A stretch of DNA of 64,000 nucleotides, from assembly GCF_009914755.1 (NCBI RefSeq), contig NC_060933.1. One strand, given 5' to 3'. Below are positions 1 through 15,400 of this stretch, one piece after another. Both the position numbers and the translations under genes were made by a program. The notes below the pieces were generated by a model that saw nothing but the letters and a program-made list of their open reading frames with translations, had not been told where the DNA came from and ran no database searches. The stretch's first letter is position 1. Each line of letters begins with the position of its first letter. Origin of the DNA: the human T2T-CHM13v2.0 reference genome, Homo sapiens.

Positions 1-422
1 AATGGAATGCAATCATCCGGAATGGAATGGAAGGGAATGGAATGGAATGGAATGGAATGGAATGGAATCAACCCGAGTGCAATGGAATGGAGTGGAATGG
101 AATGGAATGCAATGGAATGGAATGGAACAACCCGAATGGAATGGAATGTAATGGAGAGTAAGGGAGTTGAATAGAATCAATCCGAATGTAACGGAATGGA
201 ATGCAACGGAATGGAATGGAATGGAATGGAATGGAATGCAATGGAATTGAATCAACCCGAGTACAATGGAATGGAATGGAATGGAATGGAATGGAATGGA
301 ATGGAATGGAATGGAATGATACGGAATAGAATGGAATGGAACGAAATGGAATGGAATGGAATGGAATGGAATGGAATGGAATGGAATGGAATGGAATGGA
401 ATCGTTCCGAGTGGAATAGAAG

Positions 423-592
423 GGAATGTATTCGAGTGGAATGGAAAGGAATGGTATCAACCAGAGTGGAATGTAAGGGAATGGAATGGAACGGAAACTA
501 ATAGAATGGAATGTATTCGAGTGGAATGGAAAGGAATGGTATCAACCAGAGTGGAATGTAAGGGAATGGAATGGAATGGAAACTAATAGAAT
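423..592 (+). repeat. 85 bp (17-pentamer) direct tandem duplication
   Basis: GGAATGTATTCGAGT...GGTATCAACCAGAGTGGAATGTAAGGG...AACTAATAGAAT occurs at 423-507 and 508-592, with one mismatch (C492/T577). Confidence 0.9.
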
Positions 593-1984
593 GGAATCAA
601 CCCGAGTGGAATTGAATGGAAAGGACTGGAATGGAATGGAATGGAATGGAATCAACTCGATTGTAATGGAATGGAATGGAAAGGAATGGATTGGAATGGA
701 ATGGAATTAACCCGAATACAATGGAATGGAATGGAATGGAACGGAATGGATTGGAATGGAATGGAATCAACCCGAGTGCAGGGGAATGGAATGGAATGGA
801 ATGCAATGGAATGGAATCATCCGGAATGGAATGGAATGGAATGGAATGCAAAGCAATGGAATCAACTTGATTGCAATGGAATGGAATGGAATGGAAAGGA
901 ATACATTGGAATCAACCCGAGTGGAATGGAATGGAAAGCACTGGAATGGAGTGGAATGGAATGGAATGGAATGGAATGGAATGGAATGGAATGGAATCAA
1001 CTTGATTGGAATGGCATGGAATGGAATGGAATGGAATGGAATTAACCCGAATAGAAAGGAATGCAATGGAATGGAACGGAAAGGAATGCAATGGAATGGA
1101 ATGGAATGGAATGGAATGGAATGGAATGGAATCAACCCGACTGCAGGGGAATGGAATGGAATGGAATGCAATGGAATGGATTCAACTTGAATGGAATGGA
1201 AAGAATGGAATCAACACGAGTGGAATGGCATGGATTGGAATGGAATGGAATGGAATCAACCCGAGTACAGGGGAATGGAATGGAATGGAATGCAATGGAA
1301 TGGAATCATCCGGAATGGAATGGAATGGAATGGAATGGAATGGAATGGAATGGAATCAACCTGAGTGCAATGGAATGGAGTGGAATGGAATGGAATGGAA
1401 TGGAACAACCCGAATGGAATGGAATGTTATGGAGAGTAAGGGAGTTGAATAAAATCAATCCGAATGTAATGGAATGGAACGGAATGGAATGGAACGGAAT
1501 GGAATGGAATGGAATGCAATGGAATGGAATCAACCCGAGTGCAGGGGAATGGAATGGAATGGAATGCAATGGAATGGAATCATCCGGAATGGAATGGAAT
1601 GGAATGCAATGGAATGGAATGGAATGGAATCAACCCGAGTGCAATGGAATGGAGTGAAATGGAATGGAATGGAATGGAAACAACCAGAATGGATTGGAAT
1701 ATAATGGAGTGTAAGGGAATTGAATAGAATAAATCTGAATGTAATGAAATGGAATGGAACGGAATGGAATGGAATGGAATGGAATGGAATGGAATGGAAT
1801 GCAATGGAATGGAATCAACCCGAGTGCAATCGAATGGAATGGAATGCAATGGAATGGATTCAACTTGAATGGAATGGAAAGAATGGAATCAACACGAGTG
1901 GAATGGCATGGATTGGAATGGAATGGAATGGAATCAACCCGAGTACAGGGGAATGGAATGGAATGGAATGCAATGGAATGGAAT

Positions 1985-4900
1985 CATCCGTAATGGAATG
2001 GAAAGGAATGGAATGGAATGGAATGGAATGGAATGGAATGGAATGGAATGGAATCAACTCGATTGCAATCGAATGGAATGGAATGTAATTAACCGAATAG
2101 AATGGAATGGAATGGAATGCAACGGAACGGAATGGAATGGAATGGAATGGAATGGAATGGAACGGAAAGGAAGGGAATGGAATGGAATAGAATGGAATGG
2201 AATGGAATCAACGCGAGTGCAGGGGAATGGAATGGAATGGAATGCAATGGAATGGAATCTTCCGGAATGGAATGGAATGGAATGGAATGGAATGGAATGG
2301 AATCAACCCGAGTGCAATGGAATGGAGTGGAATGGAATGGAATGGAATGGAAAAACCCGAATGGAATGGAATGTAATGGAGAGTAAGGTAGTTCAATAGA
2401 ATCAATCCGAATGTAATGGAATGGAATGGAACGGAATGGAATTGAATGGAATGGAATGGAATGCAATGGAATGGAATCAACCCGAGTGCAATGGAAAGGA
2501 GAGGAATGGAATGGAATGCAATGGATTGGAATCAACCCGAGTGCAATGGAAAGGAGAGGAATGGAATGGAATGGAATGGAAACTACCCGAATGGAATGGA
2601 ATGTAATGGAGTGTAAGGGAATTGAATAGAATCAATCCGAATGTAATGGAATGGAATGGAACGGAATGGAATGGAATGGAATGGAATGGAATCAACCCGA
2701 GTGCAATCGAATGGAATCGAATGGAATGGAATGCAATGGAATGGATTCAACTTGAATGGAATGGAAAGAATGGAATCAACACGAGTGGAATGGCATGGAT
2801 TGGAATGGAATGGAATGGAATCAACCCGAGTACAGGGGAATGGAATGGAATGGAATGCAATGGAATGGAATCATCCGTAATGGAATGGAAAGGAATGGAA
2901 TGGAATGGAATGGAATGGAATGGAATGGAATCAACTCGATTGCAATCGAATGGAATGGAATGGAATTAACCCGAATAGAATGGAATGGAATGGAATGGAA
3001 CGGAACGGAATGGAATGGAATGGAATGGAATGGAACGGAACGGAACGGAATGGAATGGAATGGAATGGAATGGAATGGAGTCAACGCGAGTGCAGGGGAA
3101 TGGAATGGAATGGAATGCAATGGAATGGGATCTTCCGGAATGGAATGGAATGGAATGGAATGAAATGAAATGCAATGGATTCAACTCGATTACAATGGAA
3201 TGGAATAGAATGGAATGGAATGGAATGGAATGGAATGGAATGGAATTAATCCGAATAGAATGGAATGGAATGGAACGGAATGGAACGGAATGGAATGGAA
3301 TGGAATGGAATGGAATTAATTCGAATAGAATGGAATGGAATGGAATGGAACGGAATGGAACGGAATGGAATGGAATGGAATGGAATGGAATGGAATGGTA
3401 TGGAATGGAATGGAATGGTACGGAATAGAATGGAATGGAACGAATTGTAATGGAATGGAATTGAATGGAATGGAATGGAATCAACGCGACTGCAGGGGAA
3501 TGTAATGGAACGGAATGCAATGGAATGGAATCATCCAGAATGGAATGGAATGGAATGGAATGGAATGGAATCAACCCGGGTGCAATGGAATGGAGTGGAA
3601 TGGAATGGAATGGAATGGAACAACCCCAATGGAATGGAATGTAATGGAGAGTAAGGGAGTTGAATAGAATCAATCTGAATGTAATGGAATGGAATGCAAC
3701 GGAATGGAATGGAATGGAATGGAATTGAATGCAATGGAATTGAATCAACCCGAGTACAATGGAATGGAATGGAATGGAATGGAATGGAATGGAATGGAAT
3801 GGAATGGAATGGAATGATACGGAATAGAATGGAATGGAACGAAATGGAATGGAATGGAATGGAATGGAATGGAATGGAATGGAATGGAATGGAATCGTTC
3901 CGAGTGGAATAGGAGGGAATCTATTCGAGTGGAATGGAAAGGAATGGAATCAACCAGAGTGGAATGGAAGGGAATGGAATGGAATGGAAAATAATAGAAT
4001 GGAATCAACCCGAGTGGAATGGAATGGAAAGGACTGGAATGGAATGGAGTGGAAACTACCCGAATGGAGTGGAATGCAATGGAATGGAATCAACCCGAGT
4101 GCAATGGAATGGAGAGGAATGGAATGGAATGGAATGGAAACTACCCGAATGGAATGGAATGGAATGGAGTGTAAGGGAATTGAATAGAATCAATCCGAAT
4201 GTAATGGAATGGAATGGAATGGAATGGAATGGAATGGAATGCAATGGAATGGAATCAACCCGAGTGCAATCAAATGGAATCGAATGGAATGGAATGCAAT
4301 GGAATGGATTCAACTTGAATGGAATGGAAAGAATGGAATCAACACGAGTGGAATGGCATGGATTGGAATGGAATGGAATGGAATCAACCCGAGTACAGGG
4401 GAATGGAATGGAATGGAATGCAATGGAATGGAATCATCCGTAATGGAATGGAAAGGAATGGAATGGAATGGAATGGAATGGAATGGAATCAACTCGATTG
4501 CAATCGAATGGAATGGAATGGAATTAACCCGAATAGAATGGAATGGAATGGAATGGAACGGAACGGAACGGAATGGAATGGAATGGAATGGAATGGAATG
4601 GAACGGAACGGAATGGAATGGAATGGAATGGAATGGAATGGAATGGAATGGAACGGAACGGAATGGAATGGAATGGAATGGAATGGAATGGAATGGAATC
4701 TTCCGGAATGGAATGGAATGGAATGAAATGCAATGGATTCAACTCGATTGCAATGGAATGGAATAGAATGGAATGGAATGGAATGGAATGGAATTAATCG
4801 GAATAGAATGGAATGGAATGGAATGGAACAGAATGGAACGGAATGGAATGGAATGGAATGGAATGGAATGGAATGGAATGGTATGGAATGGAATGGAATG

Positions 4901-7900
4901 GTACGGAATAGAATGGAATGAAACGAATTGTAATGGAATGGAATTGAATGGAATGGAATGGAATGGAATGGAATCAACGCGAGTGCAGGGGAATGTAATG
5001 GAAGGGAATGCAATGGAATGGAATCATCCGGAATGGAATGGAATGGAATGGAATGGAATGGAATGGAATCAACCCGAGTGCAATGGAATGGAGTGGAATG
5101 GAATGGAATGGAATGGAACAACCCGAATGGAGTGGAATGTAATGGAGAGTAACGGAGTTGAATAGAATCAATCCGAATGTAATGGAATGGAATGCAACGG
5201 AATGGAATGGAATGGAATGGAAAGGAATGGAATGGAATGCAATGGAATTGAATCAACCCGAGTACAATGGAATGGAATGGAATGGAATGGAATGGAATGG
5301 AATGGAATGGAATCAACCCGACTGCAGGGGAATGGAATGGAATGGAATGCAATGGAATGGATTCAACTTGAATGGAATGGAAAGAATGGAATCAACACGA
5401 GTGGAATGGCATGGATTGGAATGGAATGGAATGGAATCAACCCGAGTACAGGGGAATGGAATGGAATGGAATGCAATGGAATGGAATCATCCGTAATGGA
5501 ATGGAAAGGAATGGAATGGAATGGAATAGAATGGAATGGAATCAACTCGATTGCAATAGAATGGAATGGAATGGAATTAACCCGAATAGAATGGAATGGA
5601 ATGGAATGGAACGGAACGGAACGGAATGGAATGGATTGGAATGGAATGGAATGGAATGGAATGGAACGGAAAGGAATGGAATGGAATGGAATGGAATGGA
5701 ATGGAATGGAATGGAATCAACGCGAGTGCAGGGGAATGGAATTGAATGGAATGCAATGGAATGGAATCTTACGGAATGGAATGGAATGGAATGGAATGGA
5801 ATGGAATAAACCCGAGTGCAATGGAATGGAGTGGAATGGAATGGAATGGAATGGAACAACCCGAATGGAATGGAATGTAATGGAGAGTAAGGGAGTTGAA
5901 TAGAATCAATCCGAATGTAATGGAATGGAATGGAACGGAATGGAATGGAATGGAATGGAATGGAATGCAATGGAATGGAATCAACCCGAGTGCAATGGAA
6001 TGGAGAGGAATGGAATGGAATGGAATGGAAACTACCCGAATGGAATGGAATGTAATGGAGTGTAAGGGAATTGAATAGAATCAATCCGAATGGAATGGAA
6101 TGGAATGGAACGGAATGTAATGGAATGTAATGGAATGGAATCAACCCGAGTGCAGGGGAATGGAATGGAATGGAATGCAATGGAATGGAATCATCCGTAA
6201 TGGAATGGAAAGGAATGGAATGGAATGGAATGCAATGGAATGGAATGGAATGGAATGGAATGGAATCAACTCGATTGCAATCGAATGGAATGGAATGTAA
6301 TTAACCGAATAGAATGGAATGGAATGGAATGCAACGGAACGGAATGGAATGGAATGGAATGGAATGAAATGGAATGGAACGGAAAGGAAGGGAATGGAAT
6401 GGAATACAATGGAATGGAATGGAATCAACGCGAGTGCATGGGAATGGAATGGAATGGAATGCAATGGAATGGAATCTTCCGGAATGGAATGGAATGGAAT
6501 GGAATCAACCCGAGTGCAATGGAATGGAGTGGAATGGAATGGAATGGAATGGAAAAACCCGAATGGAATGGAATGTAATGGAGAGTAAGGGAGTTCAATA
6601 GAATCAATCCGAATGTAATGGAATGGAATGGAACGGAATGGAATTGAATGGAATGGAATGGAATGCAATGGAATGGAATCAACCCGAGTGCAATGGAAAG
6701 GAGAGGAATGGAATGGAATGGAATGGAAACTACCCGAATGGAATGGAATGTAATGGAGTGTAAGGGAATTGAATAGAATCAATCCGAATGTAATGGAATG
6801 GAATGGAACGGAATGGAATGGAATGGAATGGAATGGAATCAACCCGAGTGCAATCGAATGGAATCGAATGGAATGGAATGCAATGGAATGGATTCAACTT
6901 GAATGGAATGGAAAGAATGGAATCAACACGAGTGGAATGGCATGGATTGGAATGGAATGGAATGGAATCAACCCGAGTACAGGGGAATGGAATGGAATGG
7001 AATGCAATGGAATGGAATCATCAGTAATGGAATGGAATGGAATGGAATGGAATGGAATGGAATGGAATGGAATGGAATCAACTCGATTGCAATCGAATGG
7101 AATGGAATTGAATTAACCCGAATAGAATGGAATGGAATGGAATGGAACGGAACGGAATGGAATGGAACGGAACGGAACGGAATGGAATGGAATGGAATGG
7201 AATGGAATGGAATCAACGCGAGTGCAGGGGAATGGAATGGAATGGAATGCAATGGAATGGGATCTTCCGGAATGGAATGGAATGGAATGGAATGGAATGA
7301 AATGCAATGGATTCAACTCGTTTGCAATGGAATGGAATAGAACGGAATGGAATGGAATGGAATGGAATGGAATTAATCCGTATAGAATGGAATGGAATGG
7401 AATGGAACGGAATGGAACGGAATGGAATGGAATGGAATGGAATGGAATGGAATTAATTCGAATAGAATGGAATGGAATGGAATGATACGGAATAGAATGG
7501 AATGGAACGAAATGGAATGGAATGGAATGGAATGGAATGGAATGGAATGGAATGGAATCGTTCCGAGTGGAATAGGAGGGAATGTATTCGAGTGGAATGG
7601 AAAGGAATGGAATCAACCAGAGTGGAATGGAAGGGAATGGAATGGAATGGAAAATAATAGAATGGAATCAACCCGAGTGGAATGGAATGGAAAGGACTGG
7701 AATGGAATGGAGTGGAAACTACCCGAATGGAGTGGAATGCAATGGAATGGAATCAACCCGAGTGCAATGGAATGGAGAGGAATGGAATGGAATGGAATGG
7801 AAACTACCCGAATGGAATGGAATGTAATGGAGTGTAAGGGAATTGAATAGAATCAATCCGAATGTAATGGAATGGAATGTAATGGAATGGAATGGAATGG

Positions 7901-8940
7901 AATGGAATGGAATGCAATGGAATGGAATCAACCCGAGTGCAATCGAATGGAATCGAATGGAATGGAATGCAATGGAATGGATTCAACTTGAATGGAATGG
8001 AAAGAATGGAATCAACACGAGTGGAATGGCATGGATTGGAATGGAATGGAATGGAATCAACCCGAGTACAGGGGAATGGAATGGAATGGAATGCAATGGA
8101 ATGGAATCATCCGTAATGGAATGGAAAGGAATGGAATGGAATGGAATGGAATGGAATGGAATCAACTCGATTGCAATCGAATGGAATGGAATGGAATTAA
8201 CCCGAATAGAATGGAATGGAATGGAATGGAACGGAACGGAATGGAATGGAATGGAATGGAATGGAATGGAATGGAATGGAACGGAATGGAATGGAATGGA
8301 ATGGAATGGAATGTAACGGAACGGAATGGAATGGAATGGAATGGAATGGAATGGAATCTTCCGGAATGGAATGGAATGGAATGGAATGGAATGAAATGCA
8401 ATGGATTCAACTCGATTGCAATGGAATGGAATAGAATGCAATGGAATGGAATGGAATGGAATTAATCCGAATAGAATGGAATGGAATGGAATGTAACGGA
8501 ATGGAACGGAATGGAATGGAATGGAATGGAATGGAATGGTATGGAATGGAATGGAATGGTACGGAATAGAATGGAATGAAACGAATTGTAATGGAATGGA
8601 ATTGAATGGAATGGAATGGAATGGAATGGAATCAACGCGAGTGCAGGGGAATGTAATGGAACGGAATGCAATGGAATGGAATCATCCGGAATGGAATGGA
8701 ATGGAATGGAATGGAATGGAATGGAATCAACCCGAGTGCAATGGAATGGAGTGGAATGGAATGGAATGGAATGGAACAACCCGAATGGAGTGGAATGTAA
8801 TGGAGAGTAAGGGAGTTGAATAGAATCAATCCGAATGTAATGGAATGGAATGCAACGGAATGGAATGGAATGGAATGGAAAGGAATGGAATGGAATGCAA
8901 TGGAATTGAATCAACCCGAGTACAATGGAATGGAATGGAT
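1985..8940 (+). repeat. Block ~1,985-5,290 duplicated at ~6,190-8,940 with a ~470 bp deletion
   Basis: Shared rare variants: GTAATTAACCGAATAG (2,085/6,297), GGAAAAACCCG (2,349/6,551), GGGATCTTCC (3,127/7,259), AATTAATTCG (3,314/7,451), GGAAAATAATAG (3,986/7,649), GAAACGAATTG (4,920/8,578). The offset falls from 4,137 to 3,668. Confidence 0.85.
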
Positions 8941-10920
8941 TGGAATGGAATGGAATGGAATGGAATGGAAAGGAATGGAATGGAATGGAATCGTTCCGAG
9001 TGGAATAGGAGGGAATGTATTCGAGTGGAATGGAAAGGAATGGTATCAACCAGAGTGGAAAGGATGGGAATGGAATGGAATGGAAACAAATAGAATGGAA
9101 TCAACCAGAGTGGAATGGAATGGAAAGGACTGGAATGGAATGGAATGGAATGGAATGAACTCGATTGTAATGGAATGGAATGGAATGGAATGGAATAGAA
9201 TGGAATTAACCTGAATACAATGGAATGGAATGGAATGCAACGGAATGGAGTGGAATGGAATGGAATCAACCCGAGTGTAGGGGAATGGAATGGAATGGAA
9301 TGCAATGGAATGGAATCATCCGGAATGGAATGGAATGGAATGGAATGCAAAGCAATGGAATCAACTCGATTGCAATGGAATGGAATGGAATGGAAAGGAA
9401 TACATTGGAATCAACCCGAGTGGAATGGAATGGAAAGGACTGGAATGGAGTGGAATGGAATGGAATGGAATGGAATGGAATCAACTCGATTGGAATGGAA
9501 TGGAATGGAATGGAATGGAATTAACCCGAATAGAATGGAATGGAATGGAATGGAATGGAATGGAACGGAACGGAATGGAATGGAATGGAATGGAATGGAA
9601 TGGAACGGAACGGAACGGATTGGATGGAATGGAATGGAATGGAATGGAATGGAATCAACGCGAGTGCAGGGGAATGGAATGGAATGGAATGCAATGGAAT
9701 GGAATTTTTCGGAATGGAATGGAATGGAATGGAATGGAATGAAATGCAATTGATTCAACTCGATTGCAATGGAATGGAATAGAATGGAATGGAATGGAAT
9801 GGAATTAACCCGAATAGAATGGAATGGAATGGAATGGAACGGAATGGAACGGAATGGAATGGAATGGAATGGAATGGTATGGAATGGAATGGAATGGTAC
9901 GGAATAGAATGGAATGGAACGAATTGTAAAGGAATGGAATTGAATGGAATTGAATGGAATGGAATGGAATCAACGCGAGTGCAGGGGAATGTAATGGAAC
10001 AGAATGCAGTGGAATGGAATCATCCGGAATGGAATGGAATGGAATGGAATGGAATGGAATGGAATCAACCCGAGTGCAATGGAATGGAGTGGAATGGAAT
10101 AGAATGGAATGGAACAACCCGAATGTAGTGGAATGTAATGGAGAGTAAGGGAGTTGAATAGAATCTATCCGAATGTAATGGAATGGAATGCAACGGAATG
10201 GAATGGAATGGAATGGAAAGGAATGGAATGGAATGCAATGGAATTGAATCAACCCGAGTAAAATGGAATGGAATGGAATGGAATGTAATGGAATGGAATG
10301 GAATGGAATCATTCCGAGTGGAATAGGAGGGAATTTATTCGAGTGGAATGGAAAGGAATGGTATCAACCAGAGTGGAAAGGATGGGAATGGAATGGAATG
10401 GAAACTAATAGAATGGAATCAACCAGAGTGGAATGGAATGGAAAGGACTGGAATGGAATGGAATGGAATGGAATCAACTCGATTGTAATGGAATGGAATG
10501 GAATGGAATGGAATGGAATGGAATGGAATTAACCCGAATACAATGGAATGGAATGGAATGGAACGGAATGGAGTGGAATGGAATGGAATCAACCCGAGTG
10601 CAGGGGAATGGAATGGAATGGAATGCAATGGAATGGAATCATCCGGAATGGAATGGAATGGAATGGAATGCAAAGCAATGGAATCAACTCGATTGCAATG
10701 GAATGGAATGGAATGGAAAGGAATACATTGGAATCAACCCGAGTGGAATGCAATGGAAAGGACTGGAATGGAGTGGAATGGAATGGAATGGAATGGAATG
10801 GAATCAACTCGATTGGAATGGAATGGAATGGAATGGAATGGAATTAACCCGAATAGAATGGAAAGTAATGGAATGGAACGGAACGGAATGGAATGGAATG
10901 GAATGGAATGGAATGGAATG
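8390..10920 (+). repeat. ~1.33 kb tandem duplication
   Basis: GGTATCAACCAGAGTGGAAAGGATGGGAAT occurs at 9,042 and 10,360. ORF pairs 8616/9954, 9225/10548 and 9266/10589 give offsets of 1,323-1,338. Confidence 0.8.
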
Positions 10921-12479
10921 GAATGGATTCAACTTGAATGGAATGGAAAGAATGGAATCAACACGAGTGGAATGGCATGGATTGGAATGGAATGGAATGG
11001 AATCAACCCGAGTACAGGGGAATGGAATGGAATGGAATGCAATGGAATGGAATCATCCGTAATGGAATGGAAAGGAATGGAATGCAATGGAATAGAATGG
11101 AATGGAATCAACTCGATTGCAATCGAATGGAATGGAATGGAATTAACCCGAATAGAATGGAATGGAATGGAATGGAACGGAACCGAACGGAATGGAATGG
11201 ATTGGAATGGAATGGAATGGAATGGAATGGAATGGAACGGAAAGGAATGGAATGGAATGGAATGGAATGGAATCAACGCGAGTGCAGGGGAATGGAATGG
11301 AATGGAATGCAATGGAATGGAATCTTACGGAATGGAATGGAATGGAATGGAATGGAATGGAATAAACCCGAGTGCAATGGAATGGAGTGGAATGGAATAG
11401 AATGGAATGGAACAACCCGAATGGAATGGAATGTAATTGAGAGTAAGGGAGTTGAATAGAATCAATCCGAATGTAATGGAATGGAAAGGAACGGAATGGA
11501 ATGGAATGGAATGGAATGGAATGCAATGGAATGGAATTAACCCGAGTGCAATGGAATGGAGAGGAATGCAATGGAATGGAATGGAAACTACCCGAATGGA
11601 ATGGAATGTAATGGAGTGTAAGGGAATTGAATAGAATCAATCCGAATGTAATGGAATGGAATGGAACGGAATGGAATGGAATGGAATGGAATGGAATGGA
11701 ATGGAATGGAATGCAATGGAATGGAATCAACCCGAGTGCAATCGAGTGGAATCGAATGGAATGGAATGCAATGGAATGGATTCAACTTGAATGGAATGGA
11801 AAGAATGGAATCAACACGAGTGGAATGGCATGGATTGGAATGGAATGGAATGGAATCAACCCGAGTACAGGGGAATGGAATGGAATGGAATGCAATGGAA
11901 TGGAATCATCCGTAATGGAATGGAAAGGAATGGAATGGAATGGAATGGAATGGAATGGAATGGAATGGAATCAACTCGATTGCAATCGAATGGAATGGAA
12001 TGGAATTAACCCGAATAGAATGGAATGGAATGGAATGGAACGGAACGGAATGGAATGGAATGGAATGGAACGGAACGGAATGGAATGGAATGAAATGGAA
12101 TGGAATGGAATCAACGCGAGTGCAGGGGAATGGAATGGAATGGAATGCAATGGAATGGAATCTTACGGAATGGAATGGAATGGAATGGAATGGAATGAAA
12201 TGCAATGGATTCAACTCGACTGCCATGGAATGGAATAGAATGGAATGGAATGGAATGGAATGGAATTAATCCGAATAGAATGGAATGGAATGGAATGGAA
12301 CGGAATGGAACGGAATGGAATTTAATGGAATGGAATGGAATGGTATGGAATGGAATGGAATGGTACGGAATAGAATGGAATGGAACGAATTGTAATGGAA
12401 TGGAATTGAATGGAATGGAATGGAATGGAGTGGAATCAACGCGAGTGCAGGGGAATGTAATGGAACGGAATGCAATGGA

Positions 12480-15400
12480 ATGGAATGGAATGGAATGGAA
12501 TGGAATGAACCCGTGTGCAATGGAATGGAATGGAATGGAATGGAATGGATTCAACTCGAATGGAATCAACTCGATTGCAATGGAATGGAATGGAATTGAA
12601 AGGAATAGAATGGAATCATCCCGAGTGGAATTGAATGGAAAGGACTGGAATGTAGTGGAATGGAATGGAATGGTATTAACCCGAATAGAATGAAATGGAA
12701 CGGAATGGAATGGAATGTAATGGAATGGAATGGAATGGAATCAACCCGAGTGCAGGGGAATGGAATGGAATGGAATGCAATGGAATGGAATCATCCGGAA
12801 TGGAATGGAATGGAATGGAATGGAATGGAATGGAATGGAATGGAATCAACTCGATTTCAATGGAATGGAATGGAATAGAATGGAATGGAATTAACACGAA
12901 TAGAATGGAATGGAATGGAATTGAATGGAACAGAAAGGAATGGAATGGAATGGAATGGAATCAACCCAAGTGAAGTGGAATGGAATGGAATGGAATTCAA
13001 TGGAATGGAATCATCCGGAATGGAATGGAATGGAATGAAATGGAATGGAATGGAATGGAATCAACCCGAGTGCAATGGAATGGAGAGGAATGGAATGGAA
13101 TGGAATGGAAACTACACGAATCGAATGGAATGTAATGGAGTGTAAGGGAATTGAATAGAATGAATCCGAATGGAATGGAATGGAATGGAATCAACGCGAG
13201 TGCAGGGGAATGGAATGTAATGGAATGCAATGGAATGGACTCTTCCAGAATGGAATGGAATGGAATGGAATGCAATGGATTCAACTCGATTGCAATGGAA
13301 TGGAATAGAATGGAATGGAATGGAATGGAATGGAATTAACCCGAATAGAATGGAATGGAATGGAACGGAATGGAACGGAACGGAATGGAATGGAATGGAA
13401 TGGAATGGAATGGAATGGTGTGGAATGGAATGGAATGGAATGGAATCAACGCGAGTGCAGAGGAATGTAATGGAACGGAATGTAATGGAATGGAATCATC
13501 CGGAATGGAATGGAATGGAATGGAATGGAATGGAATCAACCCGAGTGCAATGGAATGGAGTGGAATGGAATGGAATGGAATGGAACAACCCGAATGGAAT
13601 GGAATGTAATGGAGAGTAAGGGAGTTGAATAGAATCAATCCGAATGTAATGGAATGGAATGGAACGGAATGGAATGGAATGGAATGGAATGTAATTGAAT
13701 GGAATCAACCCGAGTACAATGGAATGGAATGGAATGGAACGGAATGGAATGGAATGGCTTCAAACCGAATGGAATGGAAACGAATGGAATCAACACTAGT
13801 GGAATGGAATGGAATGGAATGGAATGCAATCGAATGGAATGGAATGGTATGGAATAGAATGGAATGGAAAGAAATGGAATGGAATGGAATGGAATGGAAT
13901 GGAATCGTTCCGAGTGGAATAGGAGGGAATGTATTCAAGTGGATTGGAAAGGAATGGAATCAACCAGAGTGGAATGGAAGGGAATGAAATGGAATGGAAA
14001 CTAATAGAATGGAATCAACCCGAGTGGAATGGAATGGAAAGGACTGGAATGGAATGGAATGGAATGGAATGGAATGGAATGGAATGGAATCAACTCGATT
14101 GTAATGGAATGGAATGGAATGGAATGGAATGGAATGGAATGGAATGGAATGGAATTAACCCAAATACAATGGAATGGAATGGAATGGAACGGAATGGAGT
14201 GGAATGGAATGGAATCAACCCGAGTGCAGGGGAATGGAATGGAATGGAATGCAATGGAATGGAATCATCCGGAATGGAATGGAATGGAATGGAATGCAAA
14301 GCAATGGAATCAACTCGATTCCAATGGAATGGAATGGACTGGAAAGGAATACATTGGAATCATCCCGAGTGGAATGGAATGGAAAGGACTGGAATGGAGT
14401 GGAATGGAATGGAATGGAATGGAATGGAATGGAATCAACTCGATTGGAATGGAATGGAATGGAATGGAATGGAATGGAATGGAATTAACCCGAATAGAAT
14501 GGAATGGAATGGAATGGAACGGAACGGAATGGAATGGAATGGAATGGAATGGAATGGAATGGAATGGAATGGAATCAACCCGACTGCAGGGGAATGGAAT
14601 GGAATGGAATGCAATGGAATGGATTCAACTTGAATGGAATGGAAGGAATGGAATCAACACGAGTGGAATGGCATGGATTGGAATGGAATGGAATGGAATG
14701 AACCCGAGTACAGGGGAATGGAATGGAATGGAATGCAATGGAATGGAATCATCCGTAATGGAATGGAAAGGAATGGAATGGAATGGAATGGAATGGAATG
14801 GAATGGAATGGAATCAACTCGATTGCAATCGAATGGAATGGAATGGAATTAACCCGAATGGAATGGAATGGAATGGAATGGAATGGAACGGAACGGAACG
14901 GAATGGAATGGAATGGAATGGAATGGAATGGAATGGAATGGAACGGAAAGGAATGGAATGGAATGGAATGGAATGGAATGGAATGGAATGGAATCAACTC
15001 GATTGGAATGGAATCTAATGGAATGGAATGGAATGGAATGTAATTGAATTAACCCGAATAGAATGGAATGGAATGGAATGGAACGGAATGGAATGGAATG
15101 GAATGGAATGGAATGGAATGGAATGGAATGGAATGGAATCAACCCTACTGCAGGGGAATGGAATGGAATGGAATGGAATGGAATGGAATCATCCGGAACG
15201 GAATGGAATGGAATGGAATGGAATCAACTCGATTGCAATGAAATGGAATGGAATGGAATGGAATCGAATGGAATGGAATGGAATTAACCGGAATAGAATG
15301 GAATGGAATGGAATGGAACGGAATGGAATGGAATGGAATGGAATGGAATGGAATGGAATCAACCCGAGTGCAGGGGAATGGAATGGAATGGAATGCAATG

